Source: Macrostomum hystrix (taxonomy: Eukaryota; Animalia; Platyhelminthes). Taken from it: a DNA stretch of 64,000 nucleotides. Positions within the stretch are counted from its first letter, which is position 1. Each line of letters opens with the position of its first letter. The translations under genes and the position numbers were made by a program. The stretch covers positions 24,366,001 through 24,430,000 of the forward strand of contig CATNEN010000038.1 in the NCBI GenBank assembly GCA_950097015.1. The letters run 5' to 3'. Under the pieces are notes generated by a model. The model had not been told where the DNA came from, made no database searches, and saw nothing but the letters and a program-made list of their open reading frames with translations. Below, one piece after another: positions 12,601 through 22,932 of this stretch.

Positions 12601-14020
12601 TTGAGCTACCTCATGACCAGTTGGGAATCACATGACCTATCTCATGACTAGTTGGGAATCACATGAGCTAACTCATGACCAGTTGGGAATCACATGAGCT
12701 ACGTCATGACCAGTTGGGAATCACATAAGCTACCTCATGACCACTTGGGAATCACATGAGCTAACTAATGACTAGTTGGTAATTAAATGAGCTTATCCAT
12801 GACCATTTTCACTCACCGGCGCGCAGCAGTCCTGAAATCGTTTCGCATCCAATGCCGATGTGAAATTGAGGCCCCATTCGCAGTTGTGCAGCAAATCCTT
12901 CCAATGAACAAAGCACTCGTTGGCCTGATACAATGGCGTGCCTAGGAAGTTTTCATTATTTGTTGAAAGTGACGTCAAATTTACTAAAATAATGGAGTGC
13001 TTAAGTAATTTTCCTCTTAAAAACTCTAATTAATACATATATTGCTCACAGACCCACTAATTAACTCACTTCAGTCATTGGCCTCACAAACCTGGATGAA
13101 TTATTCTAGCATCGAACAGTTTCAACGCGTTCCGACTGTAGGCCGTGATCTGGAACACCCGGCTAGAAGTCTCCTCCAAGCAGGTGATGTTAATTGGCAC
13201 AACGTCGTCAGAGACTCGCTCCCAACCAAATTCGTTGTCTTGCACTCGAAAAACCTCGGCCCAGAGTCTGAAATTATTATTGAGAACATTAATAAAGCAA
13301 CTGCTGAAACTCGTGAAAGTGTAAATTATGTAAGCAATAGTTATAATAATAATTGCAGGAGGGCTGCGGGCAGTGGCACATCATTTGGTGACACTAGACC
13401 CGCAGCCAGAGACGAGGTAATTCTGCTCATTTCGCTGACCCCTGAGCACACCACGCACACGGATTACTGTACGCAGGCACACGCTCGCACAGGTGTGTAC
13501 ATCTGCCCTGACTTTCTCATCGTCAGGCAGAGTACACTCTCACTGTGCCTTGGAGGTTGGCCCTCAAGGGTGTAAATTGCACGACAAGACGCCATGCCTT
13601 CTCTCCGCGGCTGCGCCCCAAATGAATGTTCCTCGCCGTGGAATCGAACTTAAGGACCGTGGTGCGAGAGGTAAAAGACTTAACCGCTCTGCTGCCGACC
13701 CTCCCCCAGTAAGAATAAAGTTAGTGCTTGCTCATGAGCAAAATATCTGTGACTGAGTTGTGACTCGCGTCAGTAAGAATATTTGCCTAAGCTCTGGGAT
13801 ATTACCCAGCCCTGAGCACTTGCTCTAAATCCATAGCAGAAGCATTTACTCATGAGCAATTCGCTGAGTTTATTCGTACAGTCTAGTATATGTATCAAAG
13901 TAAGTCTCACCGCAGCAGGTGGGTGTCCTTCCTGGGCTGCCAGCCTTGGTCTCCGAGTCTGATCTTATTAGTGGCATCTGAGTGACCAGCTTTACTGTCG
14001 CTGCACAGCTTATTGCCCAT
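3..14020 (-). CDS. sif: still life (SIF type 1)/Tiam-family Rac guanine nucleotide exchange factor, 5' part (myristoylation-type start, EVH1/WH1, PH-CC-Ex); continues beyond left edge
   Basis: Predicted exons 14020-13911, 13267-13092, 12941-12817, 10941-10864, 7089(or 7065)-6174, 4152-4013, 3336(or 3321)-3182, 2668-2481, 2241-2144, 1968-1825, 1743-1561, 656-3, all GT-AG and phase-consistent. Motifs MGNKL...[18 protein letters not shown]...WGLNFTS (SIF EVH1); [55 protein letters not shown] (Tiam PH-CC-Ex). Confidence 0.88.
700..1221. mobile_element. Foldback/MITE-like inverted repeat in a sif intron
   Basis: CAAGCACTCAATTTAATC...GCTCCGCCAGCTGTCTATGG mirrored by CCATAGACAGCTGACGGAGC...GATTAAATTGAGTGCTTG, plus outer matching blocks. 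Confidence 0.65.
1561..1743 (-). CDS. sif: sif/Tiam exon: coiled-coil/Ex
   Basis: [12 protein letters not shown]...[12 protein letters not shown] bounded, phase 0-0. Confidence 0.88.
1825..1968 (-). CDS. sif: sif/Tiam exon: PH C-terminal helix/coiled-coil
   Basis: [21 protein letters not shown]...SNVDL, phase 0-0. Confidence 0.85.
2144..2241 (-). CDS. sif: sif/Tiam exon: PH domain
   Basis: [32 protein letters not shown]. Confidence 0.88.
2481..2668 (-). CDS. sif: sif/Tiam exon: PH domain start
   Basis: [32 protein letters not shown]. Confidence 0.9.
3182..3336 (-). CDS. sif: sif/Tiam exon preceding PH domain
   Basis: Ends GAIRKAG at a GTGAGT donor; acceptor ambiguous (3336 or 3321). Confidence 0.7.
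4013..4152 (-). CDS. sif: sif/Tiam low-complexity exon
   Basis: ttgcAG acceptor phase 1, GTGAGC donor phase 0; PDSAASLR...HHQQQQ...LEEE. Confidence 0.6.
4851..6150. repeat. Minisatellite, 30/33-bp units (GAATCAGCTTCAGTACTGACATCGGTACCA)
   Basis: Tandem array with a 93-bp trimer and a 495-bp higher-order period; degenerate tail. Confidence 0.95.
6174..7089 (-). CDS. sif: sif/Tiam large low-complexity exon
   Basis: About 300-aa ORF containing ECTCLMEQ (SIF-like CTC motif) and polyQ; phase 0 acceptor, phase 1 donor. Confidence 0.75.
7095..7308 (-). mobile_element. SINE fragment abutting a sif splice acceptor
   Basis: Aligns by eye to the central/3' part of the SINE. Confidence 0.65.
7797..9215. 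repeat. Minisatellite, 28-bp (GATTTCTAATCCCAGATTCAAAATCCTC)
   Basis: Tandem array. Confidence 0.95.
9974..10335 (-). mobile_element. tRNA-derived SINE, near full-length copy
   Basis: Homologous to 13341-13706 and 17238-17566; tRNA-like head, structured body, (TTA)n-type tail. Confidence 0.75.
10372..10482 (+). mobile_element. SINE 3' fragment, inverted relative to the adjacent copy
   Basis: cagtatctgtg...GCCTCCTCGCTGGCTGCGGG...gcccgcggccctc. Confidence 0.65.
10864..10941 (-). CDS. sif: sif small exon [26 protein letters not shown]
   Basis: ttttaAG acceptor and GTTAGT donor, 78 nt, phase 0-0; resembles the SIF segment after EVH1. Confidence 0.65.
12210..12792. repeat. Minisatellite, 31-bp (CATGACCAGTTGGGAATCACATGACCTATCT)
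   Basis: Tandem array with a 124-bp higher-order period. Confidence 0.95.
12817..12941 (-). CDS. sif: sif EVH1 exon 3
   Basis: [41 protein letters not shown]. Confidence 0.88.
13092..13267 (-). CDS. sif: sif EVH1 exon 2
   Basis: [58 protein letters not shown] (not in the ORF track). Confidence 0.88.
13341..13706 (-). mobile_element. tRNA-derived SINE, full-length copy
   Basis: 5' GGGGAGGGTCGGCAGCAGAGCGGTTAAG (A-box-like), GTTCGATTCC B-box, 3' stem-loop GGCTGCGGG/CCCGCAGCC, (TTA)n tail; possible degenerate TSD gtaag(c)aata. Confidence 0.78.
13911..14020 (-). CDS. sif: sif first coding exon
   Basis: [43 protein letters not shown] donor; MGNKL...HLLR matches the SIF type 1 N-terminus. Confidence 0.85.
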
Positions 14021-15258
14021 AGAAACTGCAAATTGTCAAGGTGAGGAGCAACTTGCAAACTTGCCAGTTGGAAAGTATAACCCAACCGTTGAAAGCGTCA
14101 TATTCTTTTTCTCTCCTCTGCACTGCAGCCTGATCCCTCGGGTGCCGAAATCCCCCGTCGGCACTTTCTGTCAACAAATTGTCTACGTGAAGTTGACGTC
14201 GCGTTAAAAAAGAAGAATGAATGGATTTGAAAGCGTTCATTAGGATGCTAATGATGCAAAACCTCATGCGCACCCATTGTTGTCCATTTGTTGCTAGGTT
14301 AAGTATAGCTAGTGGGCTGATTGCTTGGTTACTGTTCTTTTTTTAGACTTAAGACGCGAGAGAGTTGGTGAGAGTTGGTTGGAAGCGGTAAAAGGTAGAG
14401 ACAAAGGTAGATTAGAGTGTTGCGGCAAGACTCTCTTTTTCTGCCTGTCTTTATTGCCGGTTAAAAACTTGCAATATAAAAAAGCTACAATCAAAACTTC
14501 AGAAGAAACCAATGCAACAAAGAACTTAACACTTTTTGTTGAAGACAGAGTCAAAGGCTCCTTCTGTGTGACTTTGTCAATCTGCTCCTCTTTGAAGCAC
14601 TGTATCCTGACGACTTTATTTAAAGCCTACATGCAAAGGCTTCGTTGATTTTGTATCTTCTTTAAAAAACGATTTAACGCGATGTTGGGCATAAAAAACC
14701 GTAATCCTGTGGACTTGATCGTCATTTTCGATATTTGGTACAACACCAAAAAAATGTCTGTCCCAAATGCATGGCAATAATAATCTCTCCTATTTCGCTA
14801 CTTGATCGACAAGATCAGCCTTCAGATATGTGAATTGCACGGCCTCTGTGCAAGGTTAACACAACAGAAAGGCGACTTTTGCTGAAATTCCCTCACCGGA
14901 AAGAAACGAAAACTGAAGAATTTGAATCGATCAATGAAATTCTTTTTTCGGGGGGGTGTTTTTGTCATTTACCTTTTGTTTTTGCAGACTTTTTTCTTTA
15001 AAAAAGAATCTACCGTTTCCTGTTGAAGAAAGTGCATGCACTTCAATCTACTTCACTTCAAAATGATCCAAATGTTGCTATTCTCACTGCATTCCACGAA
15101 ACTAAAACAGATAATGAAGTCCCACCTATTAAATCAGGTCAGGTGCAAATAAATGCTTTTGCAGGTATTATAGGATTTTATTACTAATAAAAGCGTTTAA
15201 TAGTTCCAACAAGCATACAGCCCGATCAATTTAAATTAGAACTATACCAAAGGAGGTT

Positions 15259-15757
15259 CCCACTGACAATTTTCTGCTGCACCCAAACTTAGCAACACAA
15301 GCACACGAAACTCAAGAACACGGCCCAACTTTTTGTTGCGCATCTTTTGAAACAAGAGTCAAGTCGCCAGTTCTTTAGACCGTCGAGATATTCAATGGTT
15401 CTGGCCTAAGGTCAGATTTTTCCCATAAGAGCTAGTGTATTTCATACACCACTATACATGTATTAAAACTGTGCCTCAGTGCGGCCTAGCCAGGCCTTCA
15501 AAATTGATCAGCATGTCACCCGAATGTGCCTGCATCATCTCCATATTCGGTGGTCATCGACCTTTTTCTAGACGGACTGCTGGACCTTCAGGGGCTAGGA
15601 CACGTGGAAATAGGCCACTATGCTGGACACCCTGGCGCTAATTTCTCTAATTTCACTGATCAAGCCTAAATATTAGCCGCAGCTCAACCACAGGACACCA
15701 TCGCCTAGTCTGTCAACCATAATCAGTCACCACCCAACAATGTTAGCATTCTGGCGC
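15259..15757 (+). repeat. About 500-bp interspersed repeat, copy 1 (left arm of an inverted pair)
   Basis: Reverse complement of 18531-19022; direct homolog at 44103-44462. Confidence 0.75.
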
Positions 15758-17237
15758 TGGCAAAAAATTACATTTCCAAAAGGGGAATTCCCTTTTTAAA
15801 TTTAATTATCTCCCTTGGTATAAAAACGGGCGGCAAATGATTTACAAGTCCTACTGTTAATGCTCGAATGACAAGTTTCGGTTAATCATGAAACACTTAA
15901 GATAAAACACATGTTTTATTGTCACTTTTACTTTTTTAGCTATTCGCACGTACAGTTTGATAGTCAAATGAACTGTTTGGTTGAGATGCACATTGACTAG
16001 AAAAATGAAAACAGCAGTTTCGTTATAATCAGTCACTGATTGCCGAAGTAGATAGTTATTGTTTTTTATAATCAATCAGCAAGTAATATGTTTTACCTTA
16101 TTTTGCTTCTCTGCAGCGGCTAGCGTGATTCCTTCGCATTAATTAAGAATTGATCAAACTGAAAAAAATAGATTCTACCAACAAAAATCTTTCCACTTTA
16201 CCTATCTGAGGACCAAGTTGTCCTATAGTTTTCCTAAACCAGAGTTGATTATATTTACACTAGAAGACTAGGCCTCAAGAACTTTTGCCTCTAGTTATCG
16301 TTGACAACAATATTTGGTTCTTCTTATATCATATAGGCCTTACTCACCGGCCCGCAATCTTTATCGGACAAGCGTGTCCACAGCGTCTGCGCGCCCACCC
16401 CATTAGATTGCAGGCAACCTATTGGCTCCAAATATCTGAATTGGCAATGGACTTTTGCGGAGATGAGGTTGGCAGCCTTGGTCTACTCTTCTCCATCTTT
16501 TCCACTTACTATACCCCTATAACCTCCCCTCTTACCACGTATTCTCTCCCCCAAGGCTGAACTCTGACTGCACTGTGCATGACCCGGGTAAGACCGATTT
16601 TTTCCCTGGGATGTTTCTTTCCCGATTCTTTTTTCCTCTCAGCTCCTACAGTTCATAAATTTTACTTAAAAACTGACCAATCGACGGAGCGGGGCTCACC
16701 CGCGCCAATGTACACTGCATTCCGTACGGCCATGCCGGTCATATTAGATTGTGGGATTCGCGAGATCTTGTGGCCTCTAAGTACTCATCCTTTCTCTCTT
16801 CCCTAGGCTCCCTCTCCCCCCAGTTTTTTTTGACAAAATGATCTTCCCATCCTTGAGAGGAGGCCTCCCGCTGTTATCTGTCAATTTCTGCTGAGGCTGC
16901 TACGCCTTATATATGGCTAGTCCAATGGCCAATAGAAAACGGCCCCAAAAAACATCCGACTATAAAACATGCGTCATTTATAGTTCTGATGCGTGATCCG
17001 ACAAAGTTAGTCATTTTCAGGTTGAGATTAGGGTCGGGATTTCAAGCTATTAATCGGTGACTCATGAGAACTTGCGCACGTAATGCGACATTTTCCTGAG
17101 TATTTTATTATAATTAGTAGACATGCTTTGATTAAGATATGATAGGGGTTTTAGCCGACGACGTTCAGGGCGTCGAAGGCCCGTGGTTCGGTTTCCGACT
17201 CCACTGAAACATTTTGTATTCATTAAAGACACTTCAC

Positions 17238-17566
17238 GGGGCTAGGTGGCACAGCCGTTGACGCGTTTGCCTCTCGCATCATGGTCCCTGAGCTCGATCC
17301 CGCGGCGAAGCCACATTAGTTTGGGTGGCAATTCATGCCTATGAGGGCGAACCTCTAGCGCACACATGGAGAGTGTACACTGCCTGAAGATGAGGAAATC
17401 AGTGCAGATGTACACACCTGTGTGAGTGTGTGCCTATGTACAGTATCTGTGTGCGTGTGTGCTCAGGAGTCAGCGAAATGAGCAGAATTGCCTCCTCGCT
17501 GGCTGCTGGTGTAGTGTCGCTAAATTTTATGCCATTTTCGGCAGCCCTCCTGAAATTATTACTATT
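17238..17566 (+). mobile_element. tRNA-derived SINE copy with internal deletion
   Basis: GGTGGCACAGCCG A-box-like, GCTCGATCCC B-box-like, same body and tail. Confidence 0.72.
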
Positions 17567-17596
17567 AAGACACGTAACTCCACACAAGACTCCACT

Positions 17597-18197
17597 CCCG
17601 TCCTTCTACTCCTAGTGACCCTTGACTATACATTGCTTCAGGTCACTCAGCAGTGGGTACCAGCATCAGCTGGGGCTATTGAGGGTGTGTTTGCAGTGGC
17701 GTCCCCCCAGTCCATGGATTGAACAGCCGTACGCAGCCTTCAGAAGTGCTGCCCAAAAGCTGCGGCTGTGCTGTCGGCTGCAAATCTAGCCGAGAGGCGA
17801 ACAGTTAAAAGGTAGACTGCAAGTCGGAATGCTGAATTATTAATTATATAAAATGTACACTTCGAAGGCAAGAAGGATGGAATCCAGTCGCTTATCTATA
17901 AGATAGGGGATTATATGATGTGACAGGATCACATGAAGGGGCCGCATGGGATGCAGCTGAGCAGCAGCAGCAGCAGCAGCAGCAGCATGGAACTCAATTA
18001 GCTAGACTGCAGGCTGGCAACTCACTCAGGGATTAATTCCCAAAGAGTATTTCTTTCGCAAACGTCAGCTTTGATTTGGCTTCAATGCATACAAGATACA
18101 TTTGTATAACAATGTGCTCATCGTGATGCTTGTATATCCTATGTGGTTTGTGCTAAAGAATACAGAACCAAGAAACACTAGAAGAAGAAGGACGGGG
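17597..18197. mobile_element. Candidate MITE with 21-bp TIRs, containing a (CAG)n tract
   Basis: CCCGTCCTTCTACTCCTAGTG / CACTAGAAGAAGAAGGACGGG; CACT flanks both ends. Confidence 0.5.
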
Positions 18198-18530
18198 CAC
18201 TTTGTTTCTTGGAAAATTTAATAAAGGCAGAAAAATGCAATAGCGGAAGTGGAACTTTTTTCGTTTTACACGTTTAAAATGTTGATAACTTTTTATTGAA
18301 AGCCAATCCAATGCTGTTCTTTTAAATTATCTTGTAAAACATATTGCTTCAACGAATTTTAGAAAGCTTTATTCATGAATAACTGATCTTCATTTTATTT
18401 TGTTTATTTACCATGAAGAAAGTTCTGATCGCAATACTTCATATTCACTAGAAAGGTCCCATTTTTCAATGGGAATGCCTTTAGTTGGCGGCTGGTCATT
18501 AACAGAACTACCAACACCAAGCCTATTTTC

Positions 18531-19022
18531 GCGCCCGAATGCTAACAGCGTTGGGTGGTGACTGATTGGTTGACAGATTAGGCGATGGTGTACTGAGGTT
18601 GAGCTACGCCTAATATTTAGACTCGATCAGTGAGATTGAATAAATTAGCGTCAGGGTGTCCATAGTGGCCTATTTCCAGGTTTTCTAGCCCTTGAAGGTC
18701 CAGCAAATCCGTCTAGATAAAGGTAGTTGACCACCGAAGATGGAGATGATGCAAGCACATTCGAGTGACATGCTGATCAATTTTGAAGGCCTGGCAAGGC
18801 CGCACTGAGGCACAGTGCTAATTTTTGTATAGGGGTGTATGAAATACACAAGCGCTTATGGGAAAAATCTGACCTTCGGCCTGAACCATTGAATATTTCG
18901 ACTGTCTGAAGAGCTGGCGACTTAATTCTTAGAAAATGCGCAACAAAAAAGTTTTTCAGTGTTTTTAGTTTCGTGTGCTTGTGTTGCTCCGTTCGGGTGC
19001 AGCAGAAAAATTGTCCGGGGGG
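18531..19022 (-). repeat. About 500-bp interspersed repeat, copy 2 (right arm)
   Basis: For example GACATGCTGATCAATTTTGAAGGCCTGGC is the reverse complement of the copy 1 core. Confidence 0.75.
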
Positions 19023-19590
19023 AGTTCTAATCTTAATAAATTCGGCGAGGCTTGCCTAGAGGCGCTCGAATTGTGTCTGTTGGTTTCTACTCAGCATCGG
19101 GCTGAATAATGCATATGGCATTCGCCACAGTCCATTAGTGACACTCCAAGATGCAGTGCCAGCTATATAACTTGTAGTTAAGCGCATTCTTCTTTAGCCT
19201 CAGCGAGACCATTACTCAGAGCAGGAAATCGACCAAACAGCCAGTGATCCGGAGCTAAGTACAACTGTTCCGGCTCGGCTGTCACAACGATATAGTCAGC
19301 ATTTCATGGATGTGTCTTGTATTATTTGTTTTCGATGCAACCATATCCAGAGGTCAGTGTATTGTACATTATCTTCTAGAGATTGTTAATTAAGGCCGTA
19401 GAAAGATAACGCTATTTCCACCCCCTGGGGAGAGACCACGCGGGAGTATTTCAAACACCATCTGCCTAGTTCACGATAGATCCCAAACTAAATGACCGAT
19501 TGTCGTGAAAGTCAACCATCTGTATGAAAAATTTTCGCCCTTTACGATAAACTAGTTTATAAAGCCGTCCGACGTCAAGAATCGTCGAAA

Positions 19591-19671
19591 ACCCTGGTGA
19601 CAAGTACAAGGTGACAAGGATCCCTGGTTTTCACCCAGGTGGCCCGGGTTCGACTCCCGGTCAGGGAACCA
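19591..19671 (+). pseudogene. tRNA-Glu(TTC)-derived copy with corrupted D-arm and encoded 3' CCA
   Basis: CCTGG-TTTTCAC-CCAGG anticodon arm, CCGGG-TTCGACT-CCCGG T-arm, acceptor CCCTGG/TCAGGG, then ACCA; D-arm replaced by a duplicated GGTGACAAG. Confidence 0.8.
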
Positions 19672-19673
19672 AT

Positions 19674-19804
19674 TGTAACACACTAAAAGTGGGGAATGAA
19701 CCTCGCGCTGGCAGACCTCGACCGAGACCGGTTTCTGGCTTGTTTGCCTTCGTCAGTCAGCCATGGCCACACGCCGTCCTCTCCCACCACTCTTAGTGTG
19801 CACA
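19674..19804 (-). mobile_element. 131-bp TG...CA element with about 19-bp terminal inverted repeats (mini/solo-LTR-like)
   Basis: TGTAACACACTAAAAGTGG ... CCACTCTTAGTGTGCACA; on the minus strand it is followed by AT then TGGTTCCCTGACCGGGAG, the usual PBS geometry. Confidence 0.5.
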
Positions 19805-22248
19805 GAAGTCTCTTTTAAACTTGCCATTTTTATGGCGATACTTTTTAGTGTTATGTGAGAGTTTTGCAGCCAGGTCTTTGCTTTTCTACTGTTGTCAGTA
19901 GTCTGAATTGTATCTCTCACAAGCACAACTAACAACAAGGCTCTGCATAAAACTTTATATGGCGAATCCGTATTGGTTCAAAAATATAATAATGAACAAT
20001 ATAATCACTACAAAAAAATCAACATCAATAGCCGATAGGCTTACATGATTAAATTTCTCGACGATCCGATGTTTTGTGATTCTGGAAGATGTTTCATCGG
20101 ATAGAGTGGGAAATTTTAGCCTGTGTTCCGGATATTTATGAGTTTTAGTCTTTCTATTGTTGCGACCGAATCTTGTTACCGACACAGCATATTTGTGGTC
20201 GTAAGTATTGATAGAAAATATTATTTAAGAGCAAAAAAATAACTGCGAAATCGTGAGCAGATGAAAATAAGCAGAGGAAAACGAGGACACAGAGGTCCTC
20301 GGCGACTGCCAATAAGTTTTCTTTGCCACTGTTTTTGTCTCTATTTAACGGCTACACGCATCGTCTTTCTCTGAATCACAATTAAGAGTTCAGTAAAAAA
20401 GCTTCTTTCAAAAAACTTCAGTAAAGATTTTCCTAAAACTTCAGCGTCATCGTCAGTCAAGCAAAACGTAGCGACTCGGCGGTCGAGGCAGCGAAGCAGG
20501 CGCTCCAAGATTTAGCTGGATTTTTCGACCAAGGCGAAAGCCAGGGCGGCGAGGACAAGGGCGATGGTAGCGAGAAGGGGTTTGAGCCTCAGTGCGAAGA
20601 TAAGGACCGAGGATGCCGCCTTGTTGGCATGTTGAAGAGGCCAGAACTGTTAAGTAGGTCAGCGCAACACCTGACCAGCCCGAAACGGACTCTGTTAATG
20701 CTTCGCTGAACATATATGCCCTAGCTGTTATTCGAGGCTTAGATTCAATCGGTGATTTCGGCTCGATAAACCAGATCGAGAAATCTTAGGACAGGCGGAA
20801 TAGTAAAGCTCTTTACTTCACATGTCTACTTATGTAAAGTAGCGTATTGAGCGTATGAGGATGTACTTTTCGAATTTTCTGAAATTCAGGTGAATTTTTT
20901 ACGAACGGTAAGTGACACCTGACCTCAATTTAAACGCACGTCGCATTTATTTCAGAATAAAACAGAGGTCAAGAAACAATTTCCGGCTAATCAGAAACCG
21001 CGTTGTCATTCCGATGCCTTTCTACGAATAATTATCGATGCGTGGTGTCTGCCAAAAAGACTCTTATCAACATTATAGACTTCACTTCTTTATATTCTTA
21101 CTGAATAGAATATAGCATCTATATATAAATATAGCTCGAGCAGTAGAACCACGGTACAGTAGGTGCAGGATAATATTATTCTCCAGTCAACCAAGTAATT
21201 AACTTAGAATCACTAACCGAGTTGTATTTCAAACGAAGGCTGAAACAGAACTAAATTAGAAATATTTGCTCTATCTCTATATGTATAACACCACTCCAAA
21301 TTGTCCCTAAAGCCTCTCACTTCACAAGTCCTAAGTTTAGTCACACAATGAAAAATACACATGCAGAAAATTGGCTATTTATATGTGAAAGTAAAAAAGT
21401 TTTGGTATAAAACTCAGTATGTAAAAATAGAGATTATCCTTTATTGTTTTGGAAAGCGGAAAGAGCGGAGAGGTAAATTAAATTAATTTAGTGCGGTTTT
21501 TACTCACGACGCGTTAAAACAACGCACAGTTTGTACAAAACTTGTGACTATTTGTATATATTTTTCCTAGTAAATAAAAAAGATTAGTTTGCGCTCGACT
21601 TAAAAATTAATTTTACTGTATATTATTAACAAAACGTGCGTCTAAGTTCCGGAATTTTAGACACACGGCTGGTGTGTCCATAAGCAAGCAACGACTCCAA
21701 ATAACGGCCACGGCACGGCAGCCGTTCTCCAATCCTAAGTGCGTGTATGGGCCTAAAACAGAACAAAATTCATGTATATAGCAAATTCGTAGCACAGTAA
21801 GTATTATTTATTTAGGCGCAGTTTATAACTAGGTATATAAAACTCAATAAGCTAAAGTAATCAGACGCCGCACTTGCTTGTCAGTGCTTATTTTATTTCG
21901 AAATTCGCTATCAAGGCCAGTGCAGTGGGCTATGATAATAGTATTGTATATTCTATAATATGATAGGATAAAAACTAAGTAAATAAATGTATATTTTACA
22001 TATTTATGTAGCTAGCTATAGTCTAATCGGCCTATAGGCCTAGAATAGTATTTAAGCTCATCACTAATAGGCCTATCAGGATCAGCCTCATGTAAGACAG
22101 AAACAAGCTATTGTGTTTCACAAAACAACTAATTTAAAAGTCAAAGAAATTATCTATAAGCTGAGGCATGACATGCAATGAAGCATTAAAAGGAAGGAAA
22201 GATATTGACATTTCAGTAGAAATTTTTATCACAAAAGCATACTTTTTA

Positions 22249-22932
22249 GGCAGTTGTTATTTGACATCCGGTTAACCGGACAAATAGCCGTTTGATTATT
22301 TGTCCGGTTAAATTAAAACCAAAACTTTAAGTTTTCGGTGTTGACTATATCTCCTGCATCTTGCTATACTGAGTAAATTTGACATTTTAAAAGCCTTAAG
22401 TTTTGAAGGGAATCAGATCTTCAAGGACCACTGTAGTATAACTACAGTGTAGTATAACTATTTATTTATTAATTAAATATTTATTTACAATCTACTATTT
22501 ATTTAATAAATAAATAAGTATATTAAGAGGCAATATATTACGATATATATATATAAACAAAGACATAGTTGTTCCTTGATCCAGGCATTGGTCTGTCGGC
22601 AACCTAAAATTATATATAGATAGCATATAGATCAATTGCCCTTTTAGTTAGATAGGTTAGCTTTTAGTTTCCTAATTTGCCAGGGACTCAGCTAACTCAA
22701 CAATGGATTTATATGATAAACATTTCTAAGAAACGATGCCTACATAAATTTTACCACCACTTTGACATCAGTGGTTGACAGCAAAGTCACTGTTAACTGG
22801 TTAACCGGACAAATAATCAAACGGCTATTTGTCCAGTTAACCGGACGAATAATCAAACTGCTATTTGTCCGGTTAATTGGACGAATAATCAAACGGCTAT
22901 TTGTCCGGTTAACCGGACAAATAACAACTACC
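22249..22932. mobile_element. Non-autonomous DNA transposon, Mutator/MULE-like MITE (684 bp)
   Basis: TIR GG(C/T)AGTTGTTATTTG, perfect 9-bp TSD TACTTTTTA (22240-22248, 22933-22941), subterminal repeats built on palindrome CCGGTTAACCGG. Confidence 0.8.

Noticed and set aside
13042-13756. 177-aa and 87-aa plus-strand ORFs with similar peptides at 10133, 7093 and 17426
   Set aside because: Similarity comes from SINE copies and antisense of the sif EVH1 exon, not from a protein family
17145-17205. tRNA-like fragment upstream of the SINE
   Set aside because: Only a loose GGTTCG motif; no cloverleaf could be built
19591-19671. Functional tRNA-Glu gene
   Set aside because: D-arm/A-box destroyed, first acceptor pair mismatched, and CCA encoded
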